Assembly: GCA_965277405.1 (NCBI GenBank)
Contig: OZ255726.1
Span: 1,760,001-1,824,000 of the forward strand
Direction: 5' to 3'
Length of the DNA stretch: 64,000 nucleotides
Source of the DNA: Gammaproteobacteria bacterium
GTDB lineage: Bacteria > Pseudomonadota > Gammaproteobacteria > G965277405
Shown here: piece by piece, positions 62,624-64,000 of the stretch
Numbering within the stretch: the stretch's first letter is position 1
Layout of the letters: the number at the start of each line of letters is the position of its first letter
Position numbers and translations under genes: made by a program
Notes under the pieces: model-generated
Told to the model about the DNA's origin: nothing
Database searches by the model: none
Seen by the model: only the letters and a program-made list of their open reading frames with translations

Positions 62624-62734
62624 TTAATAGCTATTCTGTCAGCTTTTCCACTTTGGTAAGAACTCAACATCACTACAGTATCTCGGGCAACGCATATTAT
62701 AGGCTTCGGACTGCTGGGCTGTGCAACACTGCTG

Positions 62735-63364
62735 TTGGCATTTGATTTATACTTGCGCGCACCGTCATTTTCTGCAATAGACGAGCAGCAGTTATGGCTG
62801 CGCTTTACTACATCACGCAGCCAGCACGACCTTGTCAGCGCAGCGCGGTTTATCGACGAGTTGATAACGCGCCGACCACGCAAGATTGAGTACTTGCGAC
62901 TCAAAGCAGCAACAGCAGAGCAAGCTGGCAATTGGCAGCTTGCGTTGGACACCAATTCAATGATATTGACTATACAGCCACAACACTTAGCCACACTGCG
63001 TAACAGGTCACGAATCGCAACACGCCTCCAACAATTCTCGATTGCCCTTGCAGACTTACAAACCCGCATTAGCATCCAGCCAACAGCTGTAGCGCCACTC
63101 ATTGAACGCGCTCAAGTGTATTATCAACAACACGCAATGTCATTAGCAATCAACGATCTCAGCGTTGCGCAACAACTCAACCCCAAAGATCCAAATGTAT
63201 ATTTTCAACGCGCCCTCGTGTATGCCACCACGCAGCAATACGCGCAAGCAGTAGCTGATTTACAACAGTTTTTACAACTTGCAGAACCATCTCCATTAGT
63301 GACAATAGCGCAAAAAAAATTGCCCCAGTGGCAGAACCTCAGCAATGCCAACACTGGCAAATAA
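62735..63364 (+). CDS. Tetratricopeptide-repeat protein; start uncertain
   Basis: Repeated TPR-like helices (A..DL..A..LNP.DP..YFQRA). Confidence 0.75.
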   Translation: MAFDLYLRAPSFSAIDEQQLWLRFTTSRSQHDLVSAARFIDELITRRPRKIEYLRLKAATAEQAGNWQLALDTNSMILTIQPQHLATLRNRSRIATRLQQFSIALADLQTRISIQPTAVAPLIERAQVYYQQHAMSLAINDLSVAQQLNPKDPNVYFQRALVYATTQQYAQAVADLQQFLQLAEPSPLVTIAQKKLPQWQNLSNANTGK

Positions 63365-64000
63365 AGTTTATACATTGCAAACCAACGCAGCTGCTGTATT
63401 GGCTATTTGCTCTAAGCCAATATTTTCAGTGTACTGCCTAAGCTGGCTATTAGTATTGGTATCGATTGGTACCGTCGCCCAAAAATATATAGGTCTTTTC
63501 GCAGCACAACAGCTGTATTTTGCAAGTTTTATCATTTGGGTAGCGTTCATCCCATTACCAGGTGGCTACCTGACGATGGCATTCCTCAGCATTGGACTCT
63601 CAACCCGCATCTTTTCGAAACAAGTATGGAATACAAAAAAAATAGGGATAACCATCACCCATTGTGGCGTATTGACCTTACTCGTCGGTGGGCTTATCAC
63701 TGCCAGCAGCGATCAAGAAGGCAGTATTACGCTGCGACCACAGCAACAAAAATCCGTGTATACCGACTATTTTGACTACGAATTATTGATTAGCAACGGT
63801 TCACGCCAGTGGCGTTTTAGTAAATCACAGCTGGCAACATCCAAACAACTCCAGCAACAGCCATGGCCATTTACGTTGCGTATCCACCAACAGTTTGACA
63901 ACATTGATCTGCGCCAACGCAATAACGACGAAGATGTTCAAGAGTGGCATGGAATGGGAAAAATATTTGAACTGGTTAAAAAAGCCAACGAACTTGATGC
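63345..64000 (+). CDS. Cytochrome c biogenesis protein ResB/CcsB-like (System II), running off the window
   Basis: Open frame from ATG 63345, absent from the ORF track: IGTVAQKYIGLFAAQQLYF, IPLPGG and GITITHCGVLTLLVGG..EG with the conserved TM His. Confidence 0.7.
   Translation, partial: MPTLANKVYTLQTNAAAVLAICSKPIFSVYCLSWLLVLVSIGTVAQKYIGLFAAQQLYFASFIIWVAFIPLPGGYLTMAFLSIGLSTRIFSKQVWNTKKIGITITHCGVLTLLVGGLITASSDQEGSITLRPQQQKSVYTDYFDYELLISNGSRQWRFSKSQLATSKQLQQQPWPFTLRIHQQFDNIDLRQRNNDEDVQEWHGMGKIFELVKKANELD

Noticed and set aside
63536-63775. ORF-track 79-aa and 60-aa ORFs at the window end
   Set aside because: Both overlap the longer ResB-like frame starting at 63345.

Overview
Chromosomal segment of a moderately AT-rich, highly diverged gammaproteobacterium, judged from its housekeeping proteins. 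Its eroded operons and relic DNA suggest a host-associated lineage, but that is inference. The core genes are pepA, pgsA, glyQS, ruvAB, grpE-dnaK-dnaJ, smpB, ilvE, ubiA, glyA, tdk, surA, rsmA, apaH, gltB, map and exeAB. The main unannotated signal is a family of ~290-bp, highly structured non-autonomous MITEs, with 7 complete or internally deleted copies plus several end relics. They share ~16-bp terminal inverted repeats and the CTAA target duplication with a frameshifted IS5-family element at 11129-12377, and they repeatedly sit where conserved operons are broken. Accessory regions include: (1) a GC-richer sugar ABC / UPF0261 / class II aldolase / metallo-lactonase island; (2) a Mu-like prophage relic in which a two-gene membrane cassette lies between two copies of the repressor 3' end; (3) a rhodanese-YeeE operon with an overlooked 53-aa membrane protein ending in GGHCSGT; (4) a tandemly duplicated polar amino-acid binding protein; (5) a kexin-like S8 lipoprotein with a putative external chaperone; (6) a restriction endonuclease fragment; and (7) a three-way-junction structure upstream of gltB. 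I saw no rRNA, tRNA or CRISPR array. All family calls come from motif recognition by eye, not database searches.
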